Source of the DNA: an uncultured Verrucomicrobiae bacterium
GTDB taxonomy: Bacteria; Verrucomicrobiota; Verrucomicrobiia; Chthoniobacterales; Chthoniobacteraceae
DNA length: 64,000 nt
Assembly (NCBI GenBank): GCA_963836755.1
Contig: CAWIKF010000001.1
Span: 288,001 to 352,000, forward strand
Direction of reading: 5' to 3'
In this document: one piece after another, positions 9,411 to 20,447 of the stretch
Layout of the letters: each line of letters opens with the position of its first letter
Position numbering within the stretch: the stretch's first letter is position 1
Position numbers and translations under genes: made by a program
Notes under the pieces: generated by a model
What the model saw: the letters and a program-made list of their open reading frames with translations, nothing else
Databases searched by the model: none
What the model was told of the DNA's origin: nothing

Positions 9411-10026
9411 AACCAAGCCGCAGCGTGAGGCGTTTGCTGGCCTGTCGCTCCGCATGCATGATCGCGCGGAAATTTTCGAGATCCTCCTGCGCGCTGCCGC
9501 TGAGAATCGTGTAGCGATATTTGCACCACTCACGCATTTCCGCGGCGGCGTTTTTCAACCGGATTTCCAGCGCCTCCGCTGTTTCCGTTGCGCGTCGCAT
9601 CAGTCGCCGGCGGAGCAATTCGAGATTTGGCGCGGTTAGAAAAACATCGACGATGTGCTCGCGCAGATTGCCATTGCCATGGTCGCGAATCATCGCTGCG
9701 CCTTGCGTGTCGACGTCGACGAGCACGTCGCGGCCTTGCGCGATATTTTCCACGACGGTTTCGCGGAGCGTCCCGTAAAAGTTTCCGTGCACCTCGGCGT
9801 GCTCGAGAAATTCGTCATTCATCCGGCGACGATGAAATTCCTCCTCGTGCAAAAAAAAGTAATGCTGCCCATGCACTTCGCCGGGCCGCATTGCGCGCGT
9901 CGTGCACGAGATGGAATAGAAAAAATCGCTCGTCGGCCGCAAACCAGCCAGCAACGTGCTTTTGCCGGCGCCGGACGGGCCGGAGACGACGAATAAAATG
10001 CCGTGCCGCTCCGGTTTGTTATTCAA
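9403..10026 (-). CDS. gmk: Guanylate kinase
   Basis: SGPSGAGKST, SCTTRAMRPGEVHG, EHAEVHGNFYGT; start inferred at TTG 10026. Confidence 0.95.
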   Translation of the reverse strand: MNNKPERHGILFVVSGPSGAGKSTLLAGLRPTSDFFYSISCTTRAMRPGEVHGQHYFFLHEEEFHRRRMNDEFLEHAEVHGNFYGTLRETVVENIAQGRDVLVDVDTQGAAMIRDHGNGNLREHIVDVFLTAPNLELLRRRLMRRATETAEALEIRLKNAAAEMREWCKYRYTILSGSAQEDLENFRAIMHAERQASKRLTLRLGYE

Positions 10027-10894
10027 TGTTTTGGATTTGTTCGCGGATTTTTTCCATCTCGGCTTTGCACGTGACGACGTGCTGTGAAATCTCGGCGTCG
10101 TTAGCTTTGGCGCCGAGCGTATTGAATTCGCGGTAGATTTCCTGCGTGATGAAATCGAGCGTGCGGCCGACAGGCTCTGGCTTGCGAAGCGTGTGCGCGA
10201 ACTGCGCGAAATGGCTTTCGAGGCGCGTGAGTTCTTCGGAGACGTCGGATTTGTCGGCAAAAAAAATCAGCTCTTTCACGAGTCGTTCATCATCGAGCGC
10301 GAGCTGCACGCCGGCGCGTTCCACGCGTTCGTGCAAAGTCTGTCGATATTTTTTGACAACGTTCGGATGCAACTGCCGGATCTTGCGCAGTGATTGGCGG
10401 ACGATTTTGAGCCGCTTGATCAAATCCTTGGCGAGATGTTTGCCTTCGCGCTCGCGCATTTTAATCAGATCGCCGAGCGCCTCGCCGAGCGCGCTTTCCA
10501 AGTGCGGCCAAGCATCGTCGGCAGCGATCAATTCCTCCGGCAGTTTCAGCACGCCCGGTGCGCGCAGAACGGTCTCGATGCTGACTTCGCCGGCGGCGCT
10601 GAGCTCTTTTTGCAAGTCGAGCATCGCGCGGTAGTAAGTGCGGGCGAGGGCGCCATCGAGCGCGAGCTTTGGCGAAACGGAGCCGCCGTTGTGATAGCTG
10701 ACGACGACGTTCATGCGGCCGCGCGCGATGTGGGTGTTCACGAGATCGCGCACGCGCGGCTCGAGCTCGGCGAATTCGCGCGGCAGATTCACCGTCACGT
10801 CGCTTTGCTTGCGGTTGACGGAGTTGAGCTCGACGCTGAATTTTGCGCCGTTGAAGGCGCTCTGGCCCCGGCCGTAGCCGGTCATGCTTCTCAT
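10019..10894 (-). CDS. yicC: YicC/YloC family endoribonuclease
   Basis: MRSMTGYGRG, DVSEELTRL, GRTLDFITQE.YRE.NT.GAK, EKIREQIQNIE; usual yicC-gmk synteny. Confidence 0.95.
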   Translation of the reverse strand: MRSMTGYGRGQSAFNGAKFSVELNSVNRKQSDVTVNLPREFAELEPRVRDLVNTHIARGRMNVVVSYHNGGSVSPKLALDGALARTYYRAMLDLQKELSAAGEVSIETVLRAPGVLKLPEELIAADDAWPHLESALGEALGDLIKMREREGKHLAKDLIKRLKIVRQSLRKIRQLHPNVVKKYRQTLHERVERAGVQLALDDERLVKELIFFADKSDVSEELTRLESHFAQFAHTLRKPEPVGRTLDFITQEIYREFNTLGAKANDAEISQHVVTCKAEMEKIREQIQNIE

Positions 10895-10953
10895 GCGGCG
10901 AGATTAGAAACCGAGCTTCGAATTACAAACAGAAAGACGGCGCGAGAAGTTGC

Positions 10954-12571
10954 TCATTCGCTTTTGCGCGGAGAAATTGTCGGCGATCCGGACGGCGTGT
11001 TGGCGCGGCTCGGCGATGCGGAAGTGGCAGGCGGTGGTGAACCTCCCGGAACCGACAGCACCGGTTTTTCCGGCGCCGCCGCATCGGGCTGGATTCCATT
11101 GCGCAACAGCCAGACGCGATATGCGGGGCTGTTCGGCGGCACGTTCGGCGGATAACCTGCCATCCTGTATGCCATCGGCTGCGGCGGGTTTAAAAAAAGC
11201 TCCATGCCTTGTTCAAATTCCTTCGGATGCGCCGCCTGAATTGCGGCAAGTCGGTCGCCCACGTTTTTTGCAGGCACCGCATCGCTGCCCGTTTTCAAAG
11301 CGTTTTCGTAAGACACCACTGCGAGCGTCCATTGGCCGGCGGCCTCCTGATTTTGCGCCGCCGACAATGTGGTAAGCGCCGCATTGTCCGACGTGGTGGT
11401 CACTTGCGGACCTCGCACGAGCACTCGCTGTGCGTCGTGAATTCGTGCGATGAGTGAGGCGTCGTTGCGCTTTTTGGCTTCGCTGTCCATCCGTTCCAAA
11501 AATGGCTGCACTGCTTCGCCGGTGTTCGCTTTCAAATCCGACGGAAGATTCAAATAACGCGGCAGAACAAGCAGAAGCAGTTGCGTTTTGAGCGGAATTA
11601 TCTCCGGCGATGCGGCGTCGATGTTTCCGCTCGGCGCTTCGATCGTCGTCGGGAAACCGGCGAGAAATTCGCGATACGTTTTCTCGATTGCGTTCAGCGC
11701 GTTTGTCGTCGCGATGATGGGATCGTTGTAATTCTGCACGCGCGATTCGCTTTGAAGTTTGCGCAGATCTTTGAGCGCGCCATCCATGTCCTTCAGTGTT
11801 TTTGTTTTCGCCAGGATTTGCTCCATCCGCTCCGCTGGCGACGTCTCGCTTTCCGCATCTCCAGTCCGACCACGCGGCGTGATAGGCTTTTTCAGCGCCT
11901 GCAAGCGCGCGAGGATTTCCGATCGCGGAATGAGATTCGCGCTTTCGCTGTAATTGGTGATGTTCTGCAACGCGCTGGTCGCGGCATCGATGTTGCCGTC
12001 GTCGAGGTTCGCCAGATAATCCTGCCAATGCGTCACGAACTGCTGGACGGACTGCAAGCCGTTGAGCGCAGCTTGCACGGTCGGCGAATTGTAGTTGCGG
12101 TCGCGCTGGTTTCGAAACTTTCCGAGTTCCGTGAGCACCGCATCGAGATCGGCAGCCTTTTTCGCAGCGCGAACCGCAGTGCCCGCGTGCTGCACCGCGG
12201 CGTCGATTTGCGCCACGGCCGCTTTTTCCTCCGTCTCGCGTTCACTGCGCAATGTCTCGGCGAGTTTTTCCGCTTCTTTCTTCACATCATCGGATGAAAA
12301 ATACGCCGGCAATTGATTCAAAATTTCCTCAATCTGTGTTGGCTCGCCTCTCGCGATCGCCGCGCGCAATTGCCCGAGCATCATGCGTCCGGCATCCGAG
12401 CGCCGGCTCACAACGCCGTCAGGCTCGGCAGCCTCCGCCGGTCCGTTCTTTTTTGTCCGCCATTTCCTTTTGCGCGGCGGCTTCGAGCGCTTTTAGCTGC
12501 GCATTGTGATCCTGCGCCTGCGTGGAAAACAAACCGCAAAGAAAGATCGCCGCGAGAAATCGAGCCTTCAT
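10954..12571 (-). pseudogene. Secreted alpha-helical hypothetical protein with an apparent one-base frameshift at the A6 run (12449-12454)
   Basis: ATG 12571 encodes a signal peptide MKARFLAAIFLCGLFSTQA. Removing one A from GAC-AAAAAA-G joins it to ORF 10954..12411. May be intact in vivo. Confidence 0.7.
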
Positions 12572-12576
12572 TTCAG

Positions 12577-13773
12577 TTAAGTTAGCAGCCGCTCGGCTGC
12601 CTGTGCGACGTCCTTGTCGCCGCGGCCGGAAAGATTCGCAACGATGATTTGGTCGCGAGACATTTGCGGCGCGACTTTGATCACGTGCGCGATGGCGTGC
12701 GCGGATTCGAGCGCGGGAATGATTCCCTCCGTGTTCGACAACCGTTGAAATGCATTTAACGCTTCGTCGTCTGTCGCAAAATCGTATTCGATCCGTCCCG
12801 CGTCGCGCAAAAAACTGTGTTCCGGCCCGATCGCGGCGTAGTCGAGTCCCGCAGAAATCGAGTGCGTGAGCTGGATTTGACCGTTTTGATCGGCGAGTAA
12901 AAAAGTTTTGGTGCCTTGCAAAACGCCGAGCTGACCGCCTTGAAAACGCGCTGCGTGTTTGCCGAGCGAAATGCCTTCGCCTCCGGCCTCGACGCCGACC
13001 ATGCGAACTTTGTCGTCATTTAAGAAAGCGTAAAACAACCCGATGGCGTTGCTCCCGCCGCCGACGCACGCGACGAGGAGATCAGGCAGTCGATTTTCTT
13101 TTTCTAAAATCTGCCGCCGCGCCTCGTCGCCGATGCAGCGGTGAAAATCGCGGACCATCATCGGATACGGATGCGAGCCGAGCGCCGATCCGAGAATGTA
13201 ATGCGTGGTGCGGACATTCGTCACCCAATCGCGCATCGCCTCATTGATCGCTTCTTTTAGCGTCGCCTGTCCGGCCGTCACCGGCACGACGCGCGCGCCG
13301 AGAAATTTCATCCGCGCCACGTTCAGCGCCTGCCGCTCCATGTCCACTGCGCCCATATATATAATGCATTCGCAGCCGAAGCGCGCCGCGACAGTCGCGG
13401 TCGCCACTCCGTGCTGACCAGCGCCCGTCTCGGCGATGATTCGCTTTTTGCCCATGCGCCGCGCGAGCAGGATTTGACCGAGCGCGTTATTAATTTTGTG
13501 CGCGCCGGTGTGGAGTAAATCTTCGCGTTTTAGAAAAATCCTGGCGCCGCCGAGTTCCTCCGTCAGCCGCTTCGCGAAATAAAGTGGCGTCGGCCGGCCC
13601 GCGTAATCGTGGAGCAAATTCGCCAGCTCCTTTTGAAAATCTACATCGGCTCTCGCCTTCGCATACTCCGCGGTCAATTCATTGAGCGCCGTCATCAACG
13701 TCTCCGGCACGAACATTCCGCCGTAAGGCCCGAAGTGGCCGCGGGCGTCTGGGAGATTTTCGAGAGCGATCAT
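12577..13773 (-). CDS. trpB: Tryptophan synthase beta chain
   Basis: [46 protein letters not shown]. Confidence 0.98.
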   Translation of the reverse strand: MIALENLPDARGHFGPYGGMFVPETLMTALNELTAEYAKARADVDFQKELANLLHDYAGRPTPLYFAKRLTEELGGARIFLKREDLLHTGAHKINNALGQILLARRMGKKRIIAETGAGQHGVATATVAARFGCECIIYMGAVDMERQALNVARMKFLGARVVPVTAGQATLKEAINEAMRDWVTNVRTTHYILGSALGSHPYPMMVRDFHRCIGDEARRQILEKENRLPDLLVACVGGGSNAIGLFYAFLNDDKVRMVGVEAGGEGISLGKHAARFQGGQLGVLQGTKTFLLADQNGQIQLTHSISAGLDYAAIGPEHSFLRDAGRIEYDFATDDEALNAFQRLSNTEGIIPALESAHAIAHVIKVAPQMSRDQIIVANLSGRGDKDVAQAAERLLT

Positions 13774-13978
13774 GGGAGGTGAAAACTAGGTGCGAGCGGG
13801 AGCTGTCGCAATCGATTTTGCTCGGCGGCCGTTGCCGTATCGCTACGAGCTCATTCGGTGAAGATGAAACTGCATAGTAAATACATTTTCTTGGTTTCAG
13901 CTATTGCAAAATTCCTCTCCAGAGTTAATTTCATGCATGCAAACGCCCCCCTTGGCTGTTCGTTCGCGCCATCTTGCA

Positions 13979-16900
13979 ATGCAAAAGTTTGTGCTTTTTT
14001 CCCACCGCCGCCGGGCCGGAGTGGCGTTGGTGTTGGTGCTGGGGATGCTGGTGTTGTTGATGGTGCTGGTGGTGGCGTTTTTCACCCGCGTGACCACGGA
14101 AGTTGTGGGCGCGAAAGCTTCGGCGTCGAACTTGCGTTCGCGGCAATTGGCGGCTTCGGCCGTGCAATTGGTGCAGGGGACGATCACCAATGCGACCGAG
14201 CCACGGGAAACAACGACGACTGCGTGGGCCTGCCAGCCGGGGATGATCCGCACCTTTGGCACCGGGACCAGTGCCTCGAGTGCGCCGTATAAGTATTACA
14301 AGCTCTACTCCTCGGACACCATGGTGGTGACGGCGGACACCAATCCAGCGGTGACCAACTTCTCACCCTCCTCGGATCTCGATGCGCTTTGGGACAAGAA
14401 GCCGGCCTACTTCACCGATCTCAATGCGCCGATTGCGAACGCGACCAATCCTTCGGATGTGATTTTCCCCATTGCCGATCCGCGTGCGACCGATCCTTCG
14501 ACTCCGGTGGAGGGCTTTAGCTACACTGCGGGAGTCGACGGCGTGGTGCAGGTCAGCAGCGGCACAAACACAGCCCGGCTGCCGATGCCGGTGCGATGGC
14601 TCTATGTGCTGCGCGATGGAACTTTGACCTGCCCGGACATTGCTTCAGCGAGCACTACAGTTCCGAGCGCGACCTTTACGGCGAACATCCCCACCAAAAA
14701 CAACCCGATCGTGGGGCGCATCGCATTTTGGACCGATGACGAAAGTGCCAAGGTCAATCTCAACACAGCCTCCGAGGGAACCTATTGGGATACGCCGGTG
14801 GCAAACACGGGAAAGTCTCCTGACAGCTTCTCATATCCACAAACTACAGCGATAGGAGATGTGCTCCTTGCAACCTATCAAGGAGCGCAGCACGAGTATC
14901 AACGTTACCCGGGACATCCCGCGACGACCTGTCTTTCCACGGTTCTTGGCTCGGCTCTGGGTGGTTTGTCGCGAAATGATCTTGTGCAGGCGATCACCAA
15001 TGCCATTCCGCGAGTCACTGATACAGCAGGTCAATCCTCAATGGGTGGGACGGCAGCGCCTAACACTGCGAATTTAACCACTGACTTGGATCGGCTCTAC
15101 GCCAGCGTGGATGAGTTTGCTTTCAAGCCACCAGCCTCCACGGATACCACGCGCACTGTGCAAGCCGTAGGCTCGGGTTCCACGGTCCAGAATGTCATCG
15201 AGCGCACCCGCTTTTTCCTCACCTCCAGCAGCAAGGCTCCGGAGTTGAATCTTTTCGGCCTTCCGCGCGTGGCGATGTGGCCGGTCTGGGATGACTCTCA
15301 TGCGAGCAAGCGCACATCGTTTGACAATGCCATCCTGCGCTGTGCCACTGTGGCCAACAGTGCTACGGCTGGCAATCAGCACCCGATGATCTTCGAGCGC
15401 TCGGATCCGGCGAGCGCGACCAAAGATTTCAGCATCAAGCGCAACCAGCAGGTCTATTCATATCTAAGCTCGTTAATGTCGGAAGCTATTCCCGGGTTCG
15501 GTGGCAACTTTCTCACCAAGTATGGCCCGACGGATCAAACCCAGATACTAACGGAGATATTTGATTACATCCGCTGCACGAATCTAGCGGATCAAAGTGA
15601 TGCGACTTTAAATCACACCTATACCCCGAGCTTCTTGCCCAGCGCACCAAACCTCAACGTCGCCGTAGGACAGGTAGTGCCGACACAGGGCGGCGGAGCT
15701 AACGCGGGAGGCACCAGCCATGGTTTTGGCCGCATCGGAACCGTCGCGGAACTCGCGTTGGTCCTAGATAAGATCGATGACCGTTTTGACACCTCACTGC
15801 CGGAAGGTCCATCGAATCAAGCAGCGGCGATGACGATCTCAGGAGATACTCCGGTGAACGCGATTGACCCGAGCAAGCAAACATTGATGGAGTGGTCTCT
15901 CATCCCGAAATTTTTCTGCCCGATGGCAGGTTATGCGGGATTGGGAAATGATTTCCGACTCAGGTTCGTGATCAACAATCTGAAGATTGGCGATGCGCCG
16001 GTTATCACCAAAGCGCTGGGGTCGCTTTCCGATGAATTTGATACCGGACGACTCCCGAGCGGCGGTCGCGACGCCGTGATTGGTGGTTTGATGGGTATCA
16101 TGTTTCCAATTTGGGGAGGTGGTCCTTCGACGTCGCTGTTTCCTACCGGTCTGTGCGCAGTTACCGGCACGAATGCGCTTAGTGGCTCCTACAATGGTGG
16201 AACTATTCCAGTCTCAGGCAGCGTCGATGTTTTGGTCTATGCTCCAAACACGGCGACGACCAACCCGATTCAGACCCTTCATTTCCAATTCCCTGCGGCC
16301 AATCCGGTTCCAATTCCAGTGACCACCTATTGGAGTGGTTCCAGCGCGACTGGGACCTTCAGGAACTCTTCCTGGAGTGCGAACAAGAGCGCACACACCG
16401 TTACCTTCAGCTATAACACGACGAATTCGTCTCACGGTGGCTCAAGACGATGGGATCCCAGTCTCTATCACTTCATAGGCGATTCCGCAGGCGGTCCTTC
16501 AGGAAAGGAAACGGTGCGCACCCTCGTTCCCACCGGCACGATCAATGGGATTGCCATCGGCGGCGACATGCGGATGATCGCGTCAAGTTCTACTGTCCCG
16601 GCAGAAGCGTGGAAGCTTGCGCAGATAAATGCTTCGTCCGGCACTCTCAATGTATCGGGTGGGACTGATCCCACGGCGAAAGACTATCAAGTTTCCTCCA
16701 TGAGAATGTCACCTTACTTCTCCTGTGCCTCGGCAGATAATGGTTCGCTGATTCCCCTGCTAAAATCGCCTAAGTCCCTAGTTTATGGACGCAAGCCAGA
16801 AATCCCTCCAGGTGTCTCGGCGGCGATGATGGCTTCGACCGACAACTCGGTTCCCGGCGACTGGGATAACGGACCAGGAATCATGATTGATGGTCCTTTT

Positions 16901-17998
16901 GTCAACAAGCCCGACGAAGGCGAGAGCCCGGTGAAAGCCGGGTCGGGTATCCCCTATGTCGGCCCCAGCGAAACCACGAGCAACTACCAGGCGGCTGAGA
17001 GCTATTTTTTCTCGCCCAACAAACAAGTTTCCTCTCCCGTAATGTTGGGATCTCTTACAGTGGGAGTGGATCATCCTTGGCGCACGCTGTGTTTTCGCCC
17101 TGGGAATTTGCCCGGCTATCAAGATGCTTCGGTAAGTGGTGGATACCAGCATCCCGGCCGAACTGACTCCACTATTCCTGATCACCTTATGCTTGATCTT
17201 TTCTCGATGCCTGTAGTAGAGCCCTACAGCATCAGCGAGCCATTGGCGACTGCGGGCAAGATCAATCTTAATACTCAGATCGCCCCCTTCACCTACATCA
17301 CGCGGAACACCGGGATGCGCGCCGTATTGAAATCAGTAATGATCACGGCTCTTAACCCTGCCCAATCTGCCGATCCAAGTGGGAAAAACCTTCTTATCCA
17401 TCAATATAAAAACGGCTACGACACAGCGACCGGCTACTCGGAGAACACAACCGCCACCTCGCGTTATCCCATCGATGCGGATCAAACTCTCAATCAGCTG
17501 ACAACAAACTCCACCGGCTTTTTCCCCGTCTTTAATAGAACCACGAACTCCGCGCGGCTGCCGAACTTCTTCGTTGCTGCTTCTCAGATTTGTGACGTGC
17601 CACTAATTCCTTCCGGTTACACCACTTCGAATCTCTCGACCTTCTGGAGCGCCAACGGTCTCACTGGAGATAATAGCCTGGAGCGGCCTTATTCCATGAT
17701 CTATTCGCGCGTGACCACCAAGTCGAACACCTTCACTGTGCATGTGCGGGCGCAAAGTTTACAGCAGGCGGTCAATGGCACGCCAAGCGTCTGGCGCGAA
17801 GACCGCGACCAGGTGACCGGAGAATACCGCGGTGCATTCACGATCGAGAAATACTACGACCCGAACACCGCAAACATCACCGACAGCAGTGGCAATGCCT
17901 TAGCCAACAGCGAAGACGCAAACTTGTCGGCCCATTCAGATGCTGCGGTTCGCGGAACTCGCTGGCGCCTCGTTGATACGAAGCAGTTCGGTCAGTAG
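13979..17998 (+). CDS. Verru_Chthon cassette protein A-like large pilin-leader protein
   Basis: Prepilin-like RRRAG-VALVLVLGMLVLL; AWACQPGMIRTF, PMPVRWLYVLRDG, GRIAFWTDDESAKVNLNTASEG, EYQRYPGHPATTCLS, GKINLN.QIAPF, TTKSNTFTVH. Start could also be 13937. Confidence 0.85.
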   Translation: MQKFVLFSHRRRAGVALVLVLGMLVLLMVLVVAFFTRVTTEVVGAKASASNLRSRQLAASAVQLVQGTITNATEPRETTTTAWACQPGMIRTFGTGTSASSAPYKYYKLYSSDTMVVTADTNPAVTNFSPSSDLDALWDKKPAYFTDLNAPIANATNPSDVIFPIADPRATDPSTPVEGFSYTAGVDGVVQVSSGTNTARLPMPVRWLYVLRDGTLTCPDIASASTTVPSATFTANIPTKNNPIVGRIAFWTDDESAKVNLNTASEGTYWDTPVANTGKSPDSFSYPQTTAIGDVLLATYQGAQHEYQRYPGHPATTCLSTVLGSALGGLSRNDLVQAITNAIPRVTDTAGQSSMGGTAAPNTANLTTDLDRLYASVDEFAFKPPASTDTTRTVQAVGSGSTVQNVIERTRFFLTSSSKAPELNLFGLPRVAMWPVWDDSHASKRTSFDNAILRCATVANSATAGNQHPMIFERSDPASATKDFSIKRNQQVYSYLSSLMSEAIPGFGGNFLTKYGPTDQTQILTEIFDYIRCTNLADQSDATLNHTYTPSFLPSAPNLNVAVGQVVPTQGGGANAGGTSHGFGRIGTVAELALVLDKIDDRFDTSLPEGPSNQAAAMTISGDTPVNAIDPSKQTLMEWSLIPKFFCPMAGYAGLGNDFRLRFVINNLKIGDAPVITKALGSLSDEFDTGRLPSGGRDAVIGGLMGIMFPIWGGGPSTSLFPTGLCAVTGTNALSGSYNGGTIPVSGSVDVLVYAPNTATTNPIQTLHFQFPAANPVPIPVTTYWSGSSATGTFRNSSWSANKSAHTVTFSYNTTNSSHGGSRRWDPSLYHFIGDSAGGPSGKETVRTLVPTGTINGIAIGGDMRMIASSSTVPAEAWKLAQINASSGTLNVSGGTDPTAKDYQVSSMRMSPYFSCASADNGSLIPLLKSPKSLVYGRKPEIPPGVSAAMMASTDNSVPGDWDNGPGIMIDGPFVNKPDEGESPVKAGSGIPYVGPSETTSNYQAAESYFFSPNKQVSSPVMLGSLTVGVDHPWRTLCFRPGNLPGYQDASVSGGYQHPGRTDSTIPDHLMLDLFSMPVVEPYSISEPLATAGKINLNTQIAPFTYITRNTGMRAVLKSVMITALNPAQSADPSGKNLLIHQYKNGYDTATGYSENTTATSRYPIDADQTLNQLTTNSTGFFPVFNRTTNSARLPNFFVAASQICDVPLIPSGYTTSNLSTFWSANGLTGDNSLERPYSMIYSRVTTKSNTFTVHVRAQSLQQAVNGTPSVWREDRDQVTGEYRGAFTIEKYYDPNTANITDSSGNALANSEDANLSAHSDAAVRGTRWRLVDTKQFGQ

Positions 17999-18009
17999 CT
18001 CAAGCCGTT

Positions 18010-19533
18010 CTAGGGAGAGCTGGGACTAGCGCTTGGTTTCGACCCGGTGTCCGTGCGAAATGGCACGGCCGGCAAACCATCTTTATTGAAGAAGTTCGGC
18101 ATCGCTGCTTCATCCCATGCGAAGCGGACCTCCTTCGGTTCCGCCACTTGCGGACTGGTGATGACGACTGCGTCTCCTGAGATAACCGCTTTTGCTGCAT
18201 AGAAGACTCCGTCCTTGCCTGCGGTCGTGAACGAAGTGAGTGGCTTACCGTCGCTGGAGACGAGACCTTTGCCTACGTGGTCGAAATGCAAGACGGCTTT
18301 GTAACCTTCGTGTTCGATACTTCCTTTTCGGTAAACGGGACCGGACGTCTCGACGCCGCGCTCGTCGTAGTCTTTGGCCAGAGCTATGCGAGCCAGCCGT
18401 TCGCCGATTTCTTTCTTGTGCGGCGGATGCATGTTCTTTAGGTCCCCGACATCCGTTGTGACAACGGCTGCAGTCTTCGGGAGCTCGAGTGCAGCCATTT
18501 GAGCTTCGCGAAAATTCGCTTCATCCTCGGGAGTATGAGAAGGATTTTTTCGGGCTGAATAGAGCAGGGGAGGAAGCTGAACAAAGTAGAAGGGCAGATC
18601 CTTCTCCCATGCGATGCGCCAACTTTTAATCAAAGCGATCTCTTTGTTCGCGTAGATGGAGCCGTCGCCCTTGATCAGGTTTGACTCGCCTTGATACCAA
18701 AGGATGCCGCGCAGGGCGAAAGGCACCATTGGATTGATCATGCCATTGTAGAGAGTGGAGATCGTAGTGCCATCGAACTTCACCTTCGGTGTAAGCGCGG
18801 CCTTGGCAAAATCGGCCAGTGCTGGGTCGCTGGAAAACCCTGATGCAGGAGTCCATCCCTCGATGTGTGTGCCGCCTGCAGTAGCTTCGATCATCCCGAT
18901 TGGAACTTTGAGCTCGGTGTAAAGCTTGCGCGCAAAGAAGTAGCCGACGGCAGAGAATTTAATCTCATCCAATGAAGCAGGCGTGCAAGCTACCCAACCT
19001 TTCCAAGGATAGTCGGCAGGTTGCCGCGGAGTAATGTTGAAATCTTTCGCGGGAGACTCGGTGTTCGAGATCTCAACATTCATGAGTCGAATGAGCGGAT
19101 AGTCTGCGGCCGCTAGTTCCTTTTCAGCATCGATCGTGGTGATCGGCTGTCCGCGCCATGTGCCGACTGGCTTTTGCATGTTCGATTGTCCGGAGCAGAG
19201 CCATACCTCTCCGACAAGGACATCGTGAAAAGTCACCGTCTCTTTTCCTGTAACAGTTAGGTCTTCCGGTTTTTCAGAAGTAGTCAACTGGTCCAACTTT
19301 ACTTCCCATTTGCCATCGCTGGCAGCTGTTGCCTTTTTCTGCTGGCCCGCAAAGCTAACTGTAACTGTCTCACCAGGCGTGGCCCAGCCCCAGATGGGAA
19401 CAGGTTCACCACGTTGCAGCACCATGTGATCGCCAAAGACGTGCGGCAGGCTTAATGGCGAAGCTGGCTCTGCGTTAGCCTGCGACGAGATCAGAAGGAA
19501 TTGCGTGGCTAGAACTAGGATCAACGATTTCAT
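18010..19533 (-). CDS. Sialate O-acetylesterase (SASA/SGNH) family secreted esterase
   Basis: Signal peptide; FGDHMVLQR, GEVWLCSGQSNM, WYQGESN, NMHPPHKK. Confidence 0.9.
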   Translation of the reverse strand: MKSLILVLATQFLLISSQANAEPASPLSLPHVFGDHMVLQRGEPVPIWGWATPGETVTVSFAGQQKKATAASDGKWEVKLDQLTTSEKPEDLTVTGKETVTFHDVLVGEVWLCSGQSNMQKPVGTWRGQPITTIDAEKELAAADYPLIRLMNVEISNTESPAKDFNITPRQPADYPWKGWVACTPASLDEIKFSAVGYFFARKLYTELKVPIGMIEATAGGTHIEGWTPASGFSSDPALADFAKAALTPKVKFDGTTISTLYNGMINPMVPFALRGILWYQGESNLIKGDGSIYANKEIALIKSWRIAWEKDLPFYFVQLPPLLYSARKNPSHTPEDEANFREAQMAALELPKTAAVVTTDVGDLKNMHPPHKKEIGERLARIALAKDYDERGVETSGPVYRKGSIEHEGYKAVLHFDHVGKGLVSSDGKPLTSFTTAGKDGVFYAAKAVISGDAVVITSPQVAEPKEVRFAWDEAAMPNFFNKDGLPAVPFRTDTGSKPSASPSSP

Positions 19534-19559
19534 GATTTTACGAACGACTAACTACCAAC

Positions 19560-20447
19560 TTACTTTGAAAGCACTCCAATCTTCAGAAACCATTCTTCAG
19601 CTTGCTGCGGCCAGATGCGCGCTTCCTTCTTGCAACGCATCCCATAGCCATGGCCGCCAGTATTGTAGAAGAGAAACGTGTTGTTGATCTTTGCGGCGTC
19701 CAGTGCCGCGTGATAGAGCTTGCTGCCGGGGACGTAGCCTTTGTCGTCTTCGTTATGCACGATGAGAGTAGGAGGTATCTGAGACTTAAGGTTCAACTCT
19801 GGCGCGACTTTTCCATTCACCGCGAGGTAGGCGGGATAGACTAGAACGGCGAAGTCCGGTCTGCAGCTTAGCTTGTCCGCGGCATCGATCTCCGAATAGG
19901 ACTTCTCGTCAAAGCCGGTGCTCAACCGCGCCGCGAGATGTCCTCCCGCGGAAAATCCCATCACTCCCAGCCGCTTCGGATCGATGCCCCAATCCGTCGC
20001 GTGAGAGCGAACGACACGCAGCGCGCGCTCGACGTCTTGAAAGGCTCCTTCGCGATTTGCCGGCACGCGATACTTCAACACGATGGCGGTGAAGCCGATG
20101 GAGTTCAGCCATGCCGCGACTTCCGTTCCTTCCAGGTTGTAGGCGAGAAGCTTGTAAGCCCCGCCGGGACATACGACGATCGCTGGGCGCGGTCGCGATT
20201 GCGCGGGCGCCTTGAAGAGCGCGAGCGTTGGACGGCTTACATTGATGATGCGATGCACCTCGTCGCCAGTCTGCGGCATTTCCGACTCAGGTGCATCGGC
20301 CGCTTTTCCTGGCATTTTTCCATCTGGCCACACATCCACGGTGAGGTCCGGTGCGCGAGCGGGAATGGTTTCAGCGGACATGGTTGAAAGGAGACCTAGC
20401 AGCAGAACGGCGACTACCCAATGCGTTTTCATTAACTTTGACCGCAT
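19560..20447 (-). CDS. Secreted alpha/beta hydrolase (xylan acetylesterase-like)
   Basis: VCPGGAY, GFSAGGHL, RPDFAVLVYP, GGHGYG. Confidence 0.85.
   Translation of the reverse strand: MRSKLMKTHWVVAVLLLGLLSTMSAETIPARAPDLTVDVWPDGKMPGKAADAPESEMPQTGDEVHRIINVSRPTLALFKAPAQSRPRPAIVVCPGGAYKLLAYNLEGTEVAAWLNSIGFTAIVLKYRVPANREGAFQDVERALRVVRSHATDWGIDPKRLGVMGFSAGGHLAARLSTGFDEKSYSEIDAADKLSCRPDFAVLVYPAYLAVNGKVAPELNLKSQIPPTLIVHNEDDKGYVPGSKLYHAALDAAKINNTFLFYNTGGHGYGMRCKKEARIWPQQAEEWFLKIGVLSK

Noticed and set aside
12449..12455. Programmed -1 frameshift at AAAAAAG
   Set aside because: Codon phase is AAA_AAA_G and the join requires +1, not -1
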